From Vicinamibacterales bacterium (GTDB lineage: Bacteria > Acidobacteriota > Vicinamibacteria > Vicinamibacterales > UBA8438), in assembly GCA_965116845.1 (NCBI GenBank), contig OZ220728.1:3970309-4034308 (forward strand): a DNA stretch of 64,000 nucleotides, read 5' to 3'. Below are positions 32,902-41,860 of the stretch, piece after piece. Both the position numbers and the translations under genes were made by a program. The notes below the pieces were generated by a model, which worked only from the letters and a program-made list of their open reading frames with translations, ran no database searches and was not told where the DNA came from. Position 1 is the first letter of the stretch, and every line of letters starts with the position of its first letter.

Positions 32902-35414
32902 TTCGACCTCGCCAGCGAAAGGATCGATCGGGTGACGCGGTCGGTCCGGTAGACGAGCTCCTTCAGTTGCGTCGGCGGAATGGGGTCATGGGAGCCGCGG
33001 TTGGACCAAGCGACGGCGTCGCCGGCTTCCCGGCCCCACTTCGCATTGATGTGCGGGAGGACGTCGCCGGCCCGCTCGACGTCGTCGAGGAGCGCCAGTG
33101 CCAGTTTTTGGAGCAACGTCCGGGCATCGGTCAGGGCTTCCTCGACCGCGGCGTGTGCCTCGCCGCGTCCGATGCGGCGCCGACGGACGACTTCGGTGGA
33201 CGCGGCTTCCAGTGAGAGACGGCAGTAGAGTGGCACAGCCCGCGCCGCCGCGGCGGGCGGCAGGTCACTCGTCAGGGTCAGCGACCGGGCGTCGTCCAGA
33301 TACTGCCCTGCCGGGTGGCGCGTTTCCCGGCATTCGACGACCGATTGGGCCCGTCGCGCCACTTCGATCACACGGGCCGGAATCTGCAGCCGCCGGATCG
33401 ATTCCGGCAGCCGTTCATCGTGTGTGAAGACGAGGACCTGCCTGGTTCGTGCCGCCATGTGGAGCACGCGGGCCAGGCCGTCCACCTTGCCAGGGTCCAT
33501 TGCCTGCACCGGATCGTCGATGACGACGAAGCCGAAGGGTGATTCGGGCAGCAGCACGCGCGGCAGAAAGAGACTGAGTGCCAGGGCGTGGATTTCGCCC
33601 TGGCTCATGACACCGAGGGCTTGGCCGGCAACGCCGTCGACGCTGACTCCGAGGGCGAGTCGGCGTTGCGTGGAGCCGCCGGCAAGCTCGAGATCGTCCA
33701 GGGCAACCGCGCTGTTCTGCCGCAGCAGTACCCAGACATCCCGCGCCCGGTCGGCAATTGGCTTGAAGCGTTCGGCGCGAACCGCGCCGGTTTCGTCGAG
33801 GAGCCATTTCTCGGCCTTCCGGAGCTTGGGAGCGACTCGGCGGGCGAGTGCGGCCTGCTTCGCTTCGGGCAGCCACTCGCGGAGCGAGCGCGCGATCGGG
33901 CGCCAAGCATCTTCTCTTCGCCTGAGTTCGGCAGCAGCTTGTTCGTGCAAGGTTGCCGCAGCGTCGTTCAGGCTGGCGTGGGAATGGCGCAAGTGCTCGA
34001 CGAGAGCCTCGTCCGGGACATTGGCTGGAAGGCTCGTCCAGTGTGACCAGGCCGTCGTCAGATCGGCCGCATCGATACCGACCTCTTCTGCGCGCCGCAA
34101 CTCCGGGGGTGGCTCGGTGAGCAAGGCCCGGGCCTTGTGCCGCGCTTCGTGCTGGACTTGCTGTGCCTGCATCGCGGCATGGGACTCTTGACGCAGGCGC
34201 TTGCTCTCTCCTTCGGTTCGCTCGCGCCAGTCGCCGTCGAGCGCACCGTCGCCGCAGACCGGACAGGGCTGATCGCCATGCGCTGCATGCAGGTCGAGTG
34301 ATTGTTGGAGCAGGTCGGCGATCTGTCCGGCGCGACCGGCGTCGGTCGCAGCCATATCCCGCGTCGTTTCGACCGCTGCCTGCAAGCGCCCGGCGGTCGC
34401 CAGCACGTCTTCAGCGCTTGAAATCGGCAGGGTCGCCAGCTTACCCAACAACGGAAGCCCGCCGTCGCCCTCGGGGTCGATCGCGCCCTCGATAACCAGT
34501 TCCAGGGCGTCGAGATCCCAGGCATCAGCTTTGGACGCCTCGATTGCCCGTGCACACGTCCGCGCCCGCTCGTCTTCGATTTCATCCAGTCGGGTCCGGT
34601 ATCCGCTGCAGTCCGACTCAACCGCCCTGAACTGCCTTTCCCGAGCGAGTCTCTGCTCGCGCAACCGCTTGTGCGCGTCGACCAGCGACTCGATGCCGAG
34701 CGCCGCCGACATCACGTCGAAGAGCACGGACGGCGGACTGTCAGCGATCGATCCCAGCTCGTTGTAGGGGAGGAATGGACGGTATGTCGACAGTGCGGCG
34801 TCCCAACCGAGCGCGGCGCGTCCGTCGCCACGGCGGACGCCGCGCACGGCCGTCGATGCCGCGTCCAGCTCGGTTTCTCCCGCGGGCCATGTGCAACGGG
34901 CGACCAACGGCTGGCGTTCGCCCTCGATGGCAAACGTCGCCTCGATCTCCACGGATTCCGCCAAGTGAAGATTGCGCCAGCCCTGCTTCCACACCGCCGA
35001 CCGCTCGGCCCAGCGGCGGTTCTCACCTGTCAGCAGAAACTCCAGCGCTTCGGCGAAGCTGGACTTGCCGCTTCCGTTACGCCCTACGACTAGCGTCAGT
35101 CCTGGCCCAGGCGCCAGATCGAGCGTGCTGCGGGAACCGATGCCGCGGAATCCCTGCACCGCGATCCTGTTCACGAAGACGCCGGTCGCCGGCCGATCTG
35201 TCGACTCGGTGACCTCGTCGACCGCGGTCGAGACCGATGCTGCGTGGCTTCCGTCTCTGGCCAGCGCCTGCATCAACGCCGCGGCGCCCTCGAGCGCTGC
35301 GATCACGAGCAGTCCGACGTCGACGGCGAGAGCCGTGTCGGCATCGATTCTTGCCCGCACCTGGTCGGTCAACGTCGTGCCGGTGGAATTCGGTGTCTGG
35401 TCGGGAGGTGTCAT
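32898..35414 (-). CDS. Rad50/SbcC/SMC-like ABC ATPase with a coiled-coil insert and CPVCG zinc-hook-like motif
   Basis: 838 aa; Walker A GRNGSGKSS, signature-like MSQGE, Walker B FVVIDDP, D-loop/H-loop region VLVFTHDE; long helical insert with QPCPVCGDG at its centre (nt 34251..34265). Confidence 0.85.
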   Translation of the reverse strand: MTPPDQTPNSTGTTLTDQVRARIDADTALAVDVGLLVIAALEGAAALMQALARDGSHAASVSTAVDEVTESTDRPATGVFVNRIAVQGFRGIGSRSTLDLAPGPGLTLVVGRNGSGKSSFAEALEFLLTGENRRWAERSAVWKQGWRNLHLAESVEIEATFAIEGERQPLVARCTWPAGETELDAASTAVRGVRRGDGRAALGWDAALSTYRPFLPYNELGSIADSPPSVLFDVMSAALGIESLVDAHKRLREQRLARERQFRAVESDCSGYRTRLDEIEDERARTCARAIEASKADAWDLDALELVIEGAIDPEGDGGLPLLGKLATLPISSAEDVLATAGRLQAAVETTRDMAATDAGRAGQIADLLQQSLDLHAAHGDQPCPVCGDGALDGDWRERTEGESKRLRQESHAAMQAQQVQHEARHKARALLTEPPPELRRAEEVGIDAADLTTAWSHWTSLPANVPDEALVEHLRHSHASLNDAAATLHEQAAAELRRREDAWRPIARSLREWLPEAKQAALARRVAPKLRKAEKWLLDETGAVRAERFKPIADRARDVWVLLRQNSAVALDDLELAGGSTQRRLALGVSVDGVAGQALGVMSQGEIHALALSLFLPRVLLPESPFGFVVIDDPVQAMDPGKVDGLARVLHMAARTRQVLVFTHDERLPESIRRLQIPARVIEVARRAQSVVECRETRHPAGQYLDDARSLTLTSDLPPAAAARAVPLYCRLSLEAASTEVVRRRRIGRGEAHAAVEEALTDARTLLQKLALALLDDVERAGDVLPHINAKWGREAGDAVAWSNRGSHDPIPPTQLKELVYRTDRVTRSILSLARSK

Positions 35415-35594
35415 GCACGCTCCGGGTGAGTGTTCGTGACCAGGGCGTCACGTGGTCTGTAGACGATATGGAATGACCGGCTCGCAATCGTACGGTCGTC
35501 GTGCGCGGGCACGCGACAAGGCGGCCGAGGCCGCCTACGATTCGCGGGTTGACACCAAACGCTGCGTCAGAGCCGCAGACGAAAGGAGCCGGTC

Positions 35595-36030
35595 ATGAGC
35601 GAGCCTATCACCTCCGTGGGAATCGATGTGCACAAGTGGAGTTGCACGTAGCGCTGTTGGCGCCGGATGCCGCCGCTCCCGACACCTGGAAGGTACAGAA
35701 CGAGGCTCGGGCGGTGGAGCAGCTGCGCCGAAAGCTGGAGAAGGCCGCACCGGGTCCGGTCGCCTGCTGTTACGAAGCCGGGCCGTGCGGCTATGCATCG
35801 CAGCGGCAGCTCGAACGGGGCAGGGTCCAGTGCCAAGTGATCGCGCCGGCGCTGGTGCCACGCAAGTCGGGGGAGCGGATCAAGACCGACCGGCGGGACG
35901 CGCGCAAGCTCGCGGAACTGCATCGGGCGGGGCTCTTGACCGCCGAGGGCTGCACTATCCGGGTCGACGCCGGCCGAGGAAGCGGTGCGCGACCTGTGCC
36001 GGGCTCGCGATGACGTCGGCGAGAGCGGCC
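35595..36030 (+). pseudogene. IS110-family transposase N-terminal fragment (frameshifted, truncated)
   Basis: MSEPITSVGIDVHK (GAAAGGAG RBS) then, in another frame, ELHVALLAPDAAAPDTWKVQNEARAVEQLRRKL...VIAPALVPRKSGERIKTDRRDARKLAELHRAGLLTA. Confidence 0.65.
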
Positions 36031-36229
36031 GTCTGGAATGGTCTTCCGAAGACGGTGCGTGAGTGCTCGTGGCCCCGGTGCAGGTCCGACCAGATCCAGG
36101 TTGTCGCGTCGGGTTTGGTGCACACCGCCGGGCCGATCGTGCACGCTCGCCGGATCAGCGCCTCGGTCTGCCGCCGGTTCACCCTCCGGTCTACGGGTGG
36201 TACTAGCTCGACCGTGGGTCCGGTCCCTC

Positions 36230-37984
36230 TCACAAAGAGGCAGGCGGTCCGACGCGGACCATGACCACGTCGGTATCGTGGAACTGCTGGTGGCGGACGG
36301 ACGACGCGTAGTGGCGCAGCAATCGTAGCGAGACTTCCTCCTCACCCGGGGCGCCGGCAACCTGCTCGCTGAGAAGCGCCAGCTGATCCTCCAGGTTCGC
36401 TTCGTCGGTCGTCGCCACGAACTCGAGGTCGACTGCGTCGCCGTCGTCACGCGCGACGAGCAGCAGGTGCCGGTCCACGTTGCGTCCGCCGTCGGCCTGT
36501 TGCCGGGTCAGGGTGGGCAGCAGCTCTTCGCCGACCGCCCGGAGGCGGTCGGACATCTCCGCGTTCCGCTTCCCGCGGGCAGCGAATCCGCGCAGGAACG
36601 CGTCGACCTTCGAGAAGCTCTCTCGCGTCAGAGCGGTCTTCAGCTTCCGGGCGCGCGATCCCGTCAACTCCACGAACTGCGACAGGACGATCACCGTCAG
36701 GCCGCCCACCGTCAGCCCGTTCGCGAGCAGACTGCCCCACACACCCTGGAAGTACTCCGGGAAGATCCAGTCGAGCTCGAAGGCGAGCCCCAGCCAGAAG
36801 GCGAGGCCCACCGCGACGCCCTTGCGATAGTCGAGGCCGTCGTGCACCAGCACCCGCACCCCGAGGACGAACAGCGACGACACGATCACGATGTAGTAGG
36901 CCGCGACCACCGGACCGGGGATGGCGACGATGACGGCTACCAGCTTCGGCAGGAACGCCAGGACAACGAAGATGATGCCGACGCAGATGCCGACGGCGCG
37001 CGCCGTCACCCGGGTGAGATCGGCGACCGCGATGCTGTGGACGTACGTCGTGTTGGGCACCGTGCCCATCAGGCCGGACAGGAGGTTGCCCAGCCCGTCG
37101 GCGGTGAGCGCACCCTGAATGGACTGGAAGTCGATGGCGCGCGGCCGGCGCCACGAGATCCGCTGGATGGCGATGCAATCTCCGATGGTGTCCATGGCGC
37201 CGACGAACGTCAGCAGGACGAACGCCGGCAGCAGGGTCCAGAAGTCGGGGCCGAAGCCGAGGTCGAGCCCCGGCCAGGCGAGCGGCGGCCCCCCGATCCA
37301 CGACGCCTCCAGGACGCGCCCGCTGTCGTAGATCCCGAAGAACAGGCCGCCCACGACGCTCCCCGCCAGCATCCCCGCCGCCGCGGCCCAGAGCCGCCAC
37401 GCGCCCGTGGCACGGACCGAGATGGCGGCGATCACCGCCAGCGTGATCGCCGCAGTGACCGGCGCCGCCGCCGGCGCGGCGTCCGCCGGCACGTCGGTCA
37501 GCTTGCGCACGATGATCGGCGACAGCGTCACCGGTATCAGCATCAGGACCGTGCCGGCCACGGTCGGCGTGAAGATCCGGCGGAAGAGCGACAGCTTGGC
37601 GGCGAGCACGAACTGAAACAGGGAGGAGACGATGATCAGGCTCCCCAGCAATCCACCGCCGCCCCGTTCGAGCGCGGCCACGCAGATGGCGAGGTAGGCG
37701 CTGCTGCTCCCCATCAGCAGGAGGTAGCCGGAGCCGATGCGCCCGACGCGAGCCACCTGGACTACCGTGGTCACGCCGCTCACCAGGAGCGCGGAGAACA
37801 CCACCCACGCCAGGTACGACTCGCTGCCGCGAACGGTACTGATCAGAATCGCCGGCGACAGCACGACGCCCGCCACCGTGAGCGAGGCGTACTGCAGGCC
37901 GAGCCCTATCGTGAGCGGGAGCGGCGGCTGCTCGTCCGGCTCGTAGCGGACGTCCTGCGTGGCGCTGCCGGGGCTGGAGGCCAT
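36230..37984 (-). CDS. Nucleobase:cation symporter-2 (xanthine/uracil permease) family transporter with a C-terminal soluble extension
   Basis: About 12 hydrophobic segments, NCS2-like blocks (GLQYASLTVAGVV, GAMDTIGDCIAI, ADGLGNLLSGLMGTVPNTTY); roughly 150 aa hydrophilic tail. Confidence 0.75.
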   Translation of the reverse strand: MASSPGSATQDVRYEPDEQPPLPLTIGLGLQYASLTVAGVVLSPAILISTVRGSESYLAWVVFSALLVSGVTTVVQVARVGRIGSGYLLLMGSSSAYLAICVAALERGGGGLLGSLIIVSSLFQFVLAAKLSLFRRIFTPTVAGTVLMLIPVTLSPIIVRKLTDVPADAAPAAAPVTAAITLAVIAAISVRATGAWRLWAAAAGMLAGSVVGGLFFGIYDSGRVLEASWIGGPPLAWPGLDLGFGPDFWTLLPAFVLLTFVGAMDTIGDCIAIQRISWRRPRAIDFQSIQGALTADGLGNLLSGLMGTVPNTTYVHSIAVADLTRVTARAVGICVGIIFVVLAFLPKLVAVIVAIPGPVVAAYYIVIVSSLFVLGVRVLVHDGLDYRKGVAVGLAFWLGLAFELDWIFPEYFQGVWGSLLANGLTVGGLTVIVLSQFVELTGSRARKLKTALTRESFSKVDAFLRGFAARGKRNAEMSDRLRAVGEELLPTLTRQQADGGRNVDRHLLLVARDDGDAVDLEFVATTDEANLEDQLALLSEQVAGAPGEEEVSLRLLRHYASSVRHQQFHDTDVVMVRVGPPASL

Positions 37985-38198
37985 TCGCCAATCGTCTCCT
38001 TGGGATCGTGCGGCGCGAGGACGCGGGCGAACGGCCGACTGCGACCCGACGGAAGCCCTCGATCACCGGCGCCTCGAATGCGTTCGAGCCACCGCCGGGA
38101 CGCTGCCGTTCGCGGCGATGCTCAGAGTCGCGGAGGGGAGCCGCGCGCCCCCTTTCGTAGCGGCGCGCGGCGCGCGACCTGACCTCCCGGTGTCGCGT

Positions 38199-39272
38199 CT
38201 ACTCCAGATGCCGCAGCAGGAACGCGTTCAGCTCGGCATACACCTCCATCGACTCCGGCGAGTCGGGCACCAGCAGGTAGTCCGCGTGCGACACGCCTTC
38301 GTAGACGTTGAGGTCGGCGATGGCGCCCGCGGCGCGGAGCTTGCGGTGGGTGCGCGCCGTGTCGCTGAGCAGCATGTCGCGCGTGCCCGTGACCAGGTAG
38401 GTGGGCGGGAAACCGGCGAAGTCGCCGTAGACCGGGGAGATCAGCGGGTTCTTCAGGTCGTGGTCGCCCGCGTAGAGGTGCGCCGCGGCGCGCAGCAGTC
38501 CGTCATAGGTCAGGAGCACGCGGTCCACCGCCTCGTTGGTGAACAGCGTGTCGCTGGTCTTCGTCAGATCGGACCACGGCGTGCCCGCGTACAACGCGCC
38601 CGGGACGTCCAGGCCCAGCGCAAGGAAGCGGTGCACCGCGGCCAGCGTCAGGCCGCCGCCTGCGGACGTGCCCCCCAGCGCGAGCGACCGGGCGGGACGC
38701 TGCTCCAGCACGTGCCGGTACACCGCGACGACATCCTCGACCGCGGCCGGGAACGGGTGCGCCGGCGGCATGCGGTAGTCGATGGACAGCACCGGAATCC
38801 TCGCCCGGCTGGCGATGAACAGGGCCTCCTGCACGCTCGCATCGCCGGCGCCGAAGACGTAGCCGCCGCCGTGCACGAAGAGGAACAGATGGTCGGCATG
38901 GGCGGGGTCGACCTCGTTCGGCGTCACGCGATGCACCGCCACGCCTTCCACTTCTGCGCGCTCGATCGTGACCCCGAGCTGCTGCGCGGCCGCGTCGACC
39001 CCCTGTCCGGCCGCGGCATCGGCCGCGGCAGCGAACGCCGCCCACTCGGCGTCGGTTTCCGGCAGGCCGCCCGCGTCCGCGTCGACCGGCACCGGCACGG
39101 GGGCGGCAATCGAGTTCCGCAACGCCTCGCTCGCGGCGGCCGGCACCGGCACCGTGCGGGCGTCGATGCGCCGCGCGCCGTCCTGGGCCTCCGACGTCGC
39201 CGCCGCGCCGAACAACATCACGCCGCAGGCCGCCGTCGCCGCCGCTACCGCAAGTCCCTGCCTAGTCCGCAT
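38199..39272 (-). CDS. Secreted alpha/beta-hydrolase (HSL-type esterase/lipase)
   Basis: ATG 39272 after GGAGAGGAGAA; signal peptide; HGGGYVFG oxyanion motif and GTSAGG nucleophile elbow. Confidence 0.8.
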   Translation of the reverse strand: MRTRQGLAVAAATAACGVMLFGAAATSEAQDGARRIDARTVPVPAAASEALRNSIAAPVPVPVDADAGGLPETDAEWAAFAAAADAAAGQGVDAAAQQLGVTIERAEVEGVAVHRVTPNEVDPAHADHLFLFVHGGGYVFGAGDASVQEALFIASRARIPVLSIDYRMPPAHPFPAAVEDVVAVYRHVLEQRPARSLALGGTSAGGGLTLAAVHRFLALGLDVPGALYAGTPWSDLTKTSDTLFTNEAVDRVLLTYDGLLRAAAHLYAGDHDLKNPLISPVYGDFAGFPPTYLVTGTRDMLLSDTARTHRKLRAAGAIADLNVYEGVSHADYLLVPDSPESMEVYAELNAFLLRHLE

Positions 39273-39390
39273 CGCACGTTCTCCTCTCCAGCGTGTCCCG
39301 CCGCGCCGAATCGCCGCAAGGCGATACGACCGAGCACTGCCGCTGCGACCGGCCGCAACCGGCCGCAACCGGCCGCCGGCCATTCAAACC

Positions 39391-41772
39391 CTACCGCGTA
39401 CGAGCTCGCGCAGGAGCTCCCCGCCGTCCCCCGTCCGCGGACCGCAGCACCGGCTCGTCCCGCGGACCGTCCACGAGGAAGATCTCCACCTCGTTGGCGC
39501 CAGGGATCAGGGAGTCCTCGGGAATCATGGTGGCGAACACCCATCTCCCCTCCTCCCGGAAGGAGCGGGTGGTTGCCGCGATCACACCATTTACGCTCAC
39601 CGCGAGGCTCACCGGATCCTCGGGCTCGCCGGTCAGCCGGCCCCGCACGTGGAGAGGGAGCGTAGCCGATTCGAGATCCACGTCCCGGAAATCCGCCCGT
39701 CGAGCCAATCTCGCTCCTGTCCTCGCACCGGGACGCACGTCGAGCGTCGACAGCACACGTCCCACCAGGGATCCGTGCGGCCCGAGGCCGTAGAGGTCCC
39801 CTTCGAAACGCCGCAGCTTCTGCTCCCAGCCCGGGTCGTGCGGGCGGGCCGGGTACTCCACGACTCCGACCGACCTCCGGCCGCGCTGGACGAACGTCTT
39901 GCGGGGCCGGTCGGGCTCCGAGGCATCAAGGAGCGACCGCCCGTCGACCGTGTAGGGCAACTCCGCGGACAGAGCCTCCGCAATGGTCGGAACGACGTCG
40001 ACCGTCTCCACGTTCCGGTCGCTGATCGCACCGGCCGCCTGGTGCGGAAGCTTCACGATCAGCGGCACCAGTATGATGTCGGCCGCGTTCTCTCCGTCGC
40101 CCGAGATCTCCCGGCGCCGGCTGCCGTGCAGAAAGCTCGCGCCGTGGTCGGCGGTGACGACGATCAGCGACTCGTCGTACACGCCCTGCTCCCGCAGGCG
40201 GTCCACCAGGTGTCCGATGAACCGATCCGCCACCTCCACCTGCAGGAGATGTCGTTGCTGAAGCACGACCGGCAGCCATGGGTCGCTCTTCAGAAACAAC
40301 AGCTCCCCTCCCTCCCGCCGCCGCTGGTAGCCGGGGGCCCGGTACCTGCGCCCGGACGGTACGTATTCGTACGGCATGTGCGGCAACAGAGTGTGCAGGA
40401 AGTACAGGCGCCCGTCGCGCTCCGGCGTGATGGTCTCCAGAAACCGATCCAGCTCCGAGAGACGTTCGTTCCTCTGTCGCTGCGCTCCCCCGCTGGAACG
40501 GAAGCGGCGCGCTCCGGCGAAGTCGCGCCAGTCGCCGACAATCGGCGGCAGCAGGCTCTCGACCGCGGGCGGCGCGACGATGTGCAGGTAGGCGATGCCG
40601 AGGTCGGCGGCGAGGTCTCCCAGGCTGTCGTGGACGTCGAGGTCGTAGGCGCACACATCCGCGGGGCAAAGCTGCAGGAAGCGGCCGAAGACCGTCATCC
40701 GATAGCTCTCGCTCAGTATCGTGAACAGGTTGTCCGGATAGTAGCGCCGCGTCGGGACCGCATTGGGCTGCACGGGATACCTGCCCGTGACCAACGCGGG
40801 GACGGCCCACACCGTTTGTGACGAAACCGTGCTGGCGTTGCGGTACCACGTCGCATCGTCCGCCAACCGCGCCAGGTGCGGGAAGCGGGCGCGGTCGATC
40901 CGCCGGTCGCGGTCCAGCAGCGAGCTTGTCGGGAACTCGTCGAACACGACGAATACGATGGGCGGCGCGTGTTCGACGCGGGACGCGACCGGCGCGTCCT
41001 CCGTCCGCAGGACCGCGCTCCGGACGTCGGGATTCGCCAGGAACACCACCGGCACGATGACAGCCGACGGGCTGAGGGCGGTAAGGAACAAGCCGACCAC
41101 GCGCGTCCGCTGCGCGCCGAGCACGATAAGCCCGGCGAGGAACACGGCGGCTGCCAGCAACGGGCCGGTGCCCAACGCTTCCCATCGCTTGAGCAGGGGC
41201 AGCACGAGCAGCCCCGCGAGCATCGTCAGCAGCAGCCAGTGGGCCGCATCGCCCGCGCTGGCGCGAATGCGCCGAACCAGAGCCTCCATCCCGATCAGGC
41301 CGAGGGGAAGCGCCAGGGAGACCCCGGCAACGAACGTAGCCAGCTGGCCCGTCGTGGTGTTTCGCGCCACGAAGAACGCCGGCTCGCGCGCGAGCAGATC
41401 GAACAGGGGTTGGGCCACCGCGAGGGCCGCCAGGGAGAAGATCCGCAGCGTGCCGGCGGCGGTCATGCCGGTGATCCGGACGTACGCGGGCCAGGCGCGC
41501 TCCCGCAGCCAGGTCCAGACCCGCTCGTGCAGCGGACGGGAACGGACCAGGTAATGCCGCACGCCGCAGATGACGAGCAACGCGAACAACGCCCGCCAGG
41601 GCGTCGACATGGAGAAGACCGTACCGATCCGCACCCCGCCCAGGACGACGACCCGAAGCGCCGCCAGCGCGAGGAGAACGGTCAGGATGTCGGCACCGCG
41701 GGCCCACCCCGGCAACGCGACGTCGGCTCCGCGAGATGGTGTCCCGGCGCGTGGCACGCGCCGAGAATACAC
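39391..41772 (-). CDS. Membrane-anchored sulfatase/alkaline-phosphatase-superfamily protein
   Basis: N-terminal ~250 aa with multiple TM segments; catalytic-domain blocks IVFVVFDEFP and VVTADHGASF. Confidence 0.7.
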   Translation of the reverse strand: MYSRRVPRAGTPSRGADVALPGWARGADILTVLLALAALRVVVLGGVRIGTVFSMSTPWRALFALLVICGVRHYLVRSRPLHERVWTWLRERAWPAYVRITGMTAAGTLRIFSLAALAVAQPLFDLLAREPAFFVARNTTTGQLATFVAGVSLALPLGLIGMEALVRRIRASAGDAAHWLLLTMLAGLLVLPLLKRWEALGTGPLLAAAVFLAGLIVLGAQRTRVVGLFLTALSPSAVIVPVVFLANPDVRSAVLRTEDAPVASRVEHAPPIVFVVFDEFPTSSLLDRDRRIDRARFPHLARLADDATWYRNASTVSSQTVWAVPALVTGRYPVQPNAVPTRRYYPDNLFTILSESYRMTVFGRFLQLCPADVCAYDLDVHDSLGDLAADLGIAYLHIVAPPAVESLLPPIVGDWRDFAGARRFRSSGGAQRQRNERLSELDRFLETITPERDGRLYFLHTLLPHMPYEYVPSGRRYRAPGYQRRREGGELLFLKSDPWLPVVLQQRHLLQVEVADRFIGHLVDRLREQGVYDESLIVVTADHGASFLHGSRRREISGDGENAADIILVPLIVKLPHQAAGAISDRNVETVDVVPTIAEALSAELPYTVDGRSLLDASEPDRPRKTFVQRGRRSVGVVEYPARPHDPGWEQKLRRFEGDLYGLGPHGSLVGRVLSTLDVRPGARTGARLARRADFRDVDLESATLPLHVRGRLTGEPEDPVSLAVSVNGVIAATTRSFREEGRWVFATMIPEDSLIPGANEVEIFLVDGPRDEPVLRSADGGRRGAPARARTR

Positions 41773-41860
41773 TAGGGGTGGGCGGCGTCAGCCCTCGGCT
41801 ACCGGGCGGCGACCTCCGTCCGCCGCCGAGAGAACGGACCTCGATTCCACCGCCAGCTTC

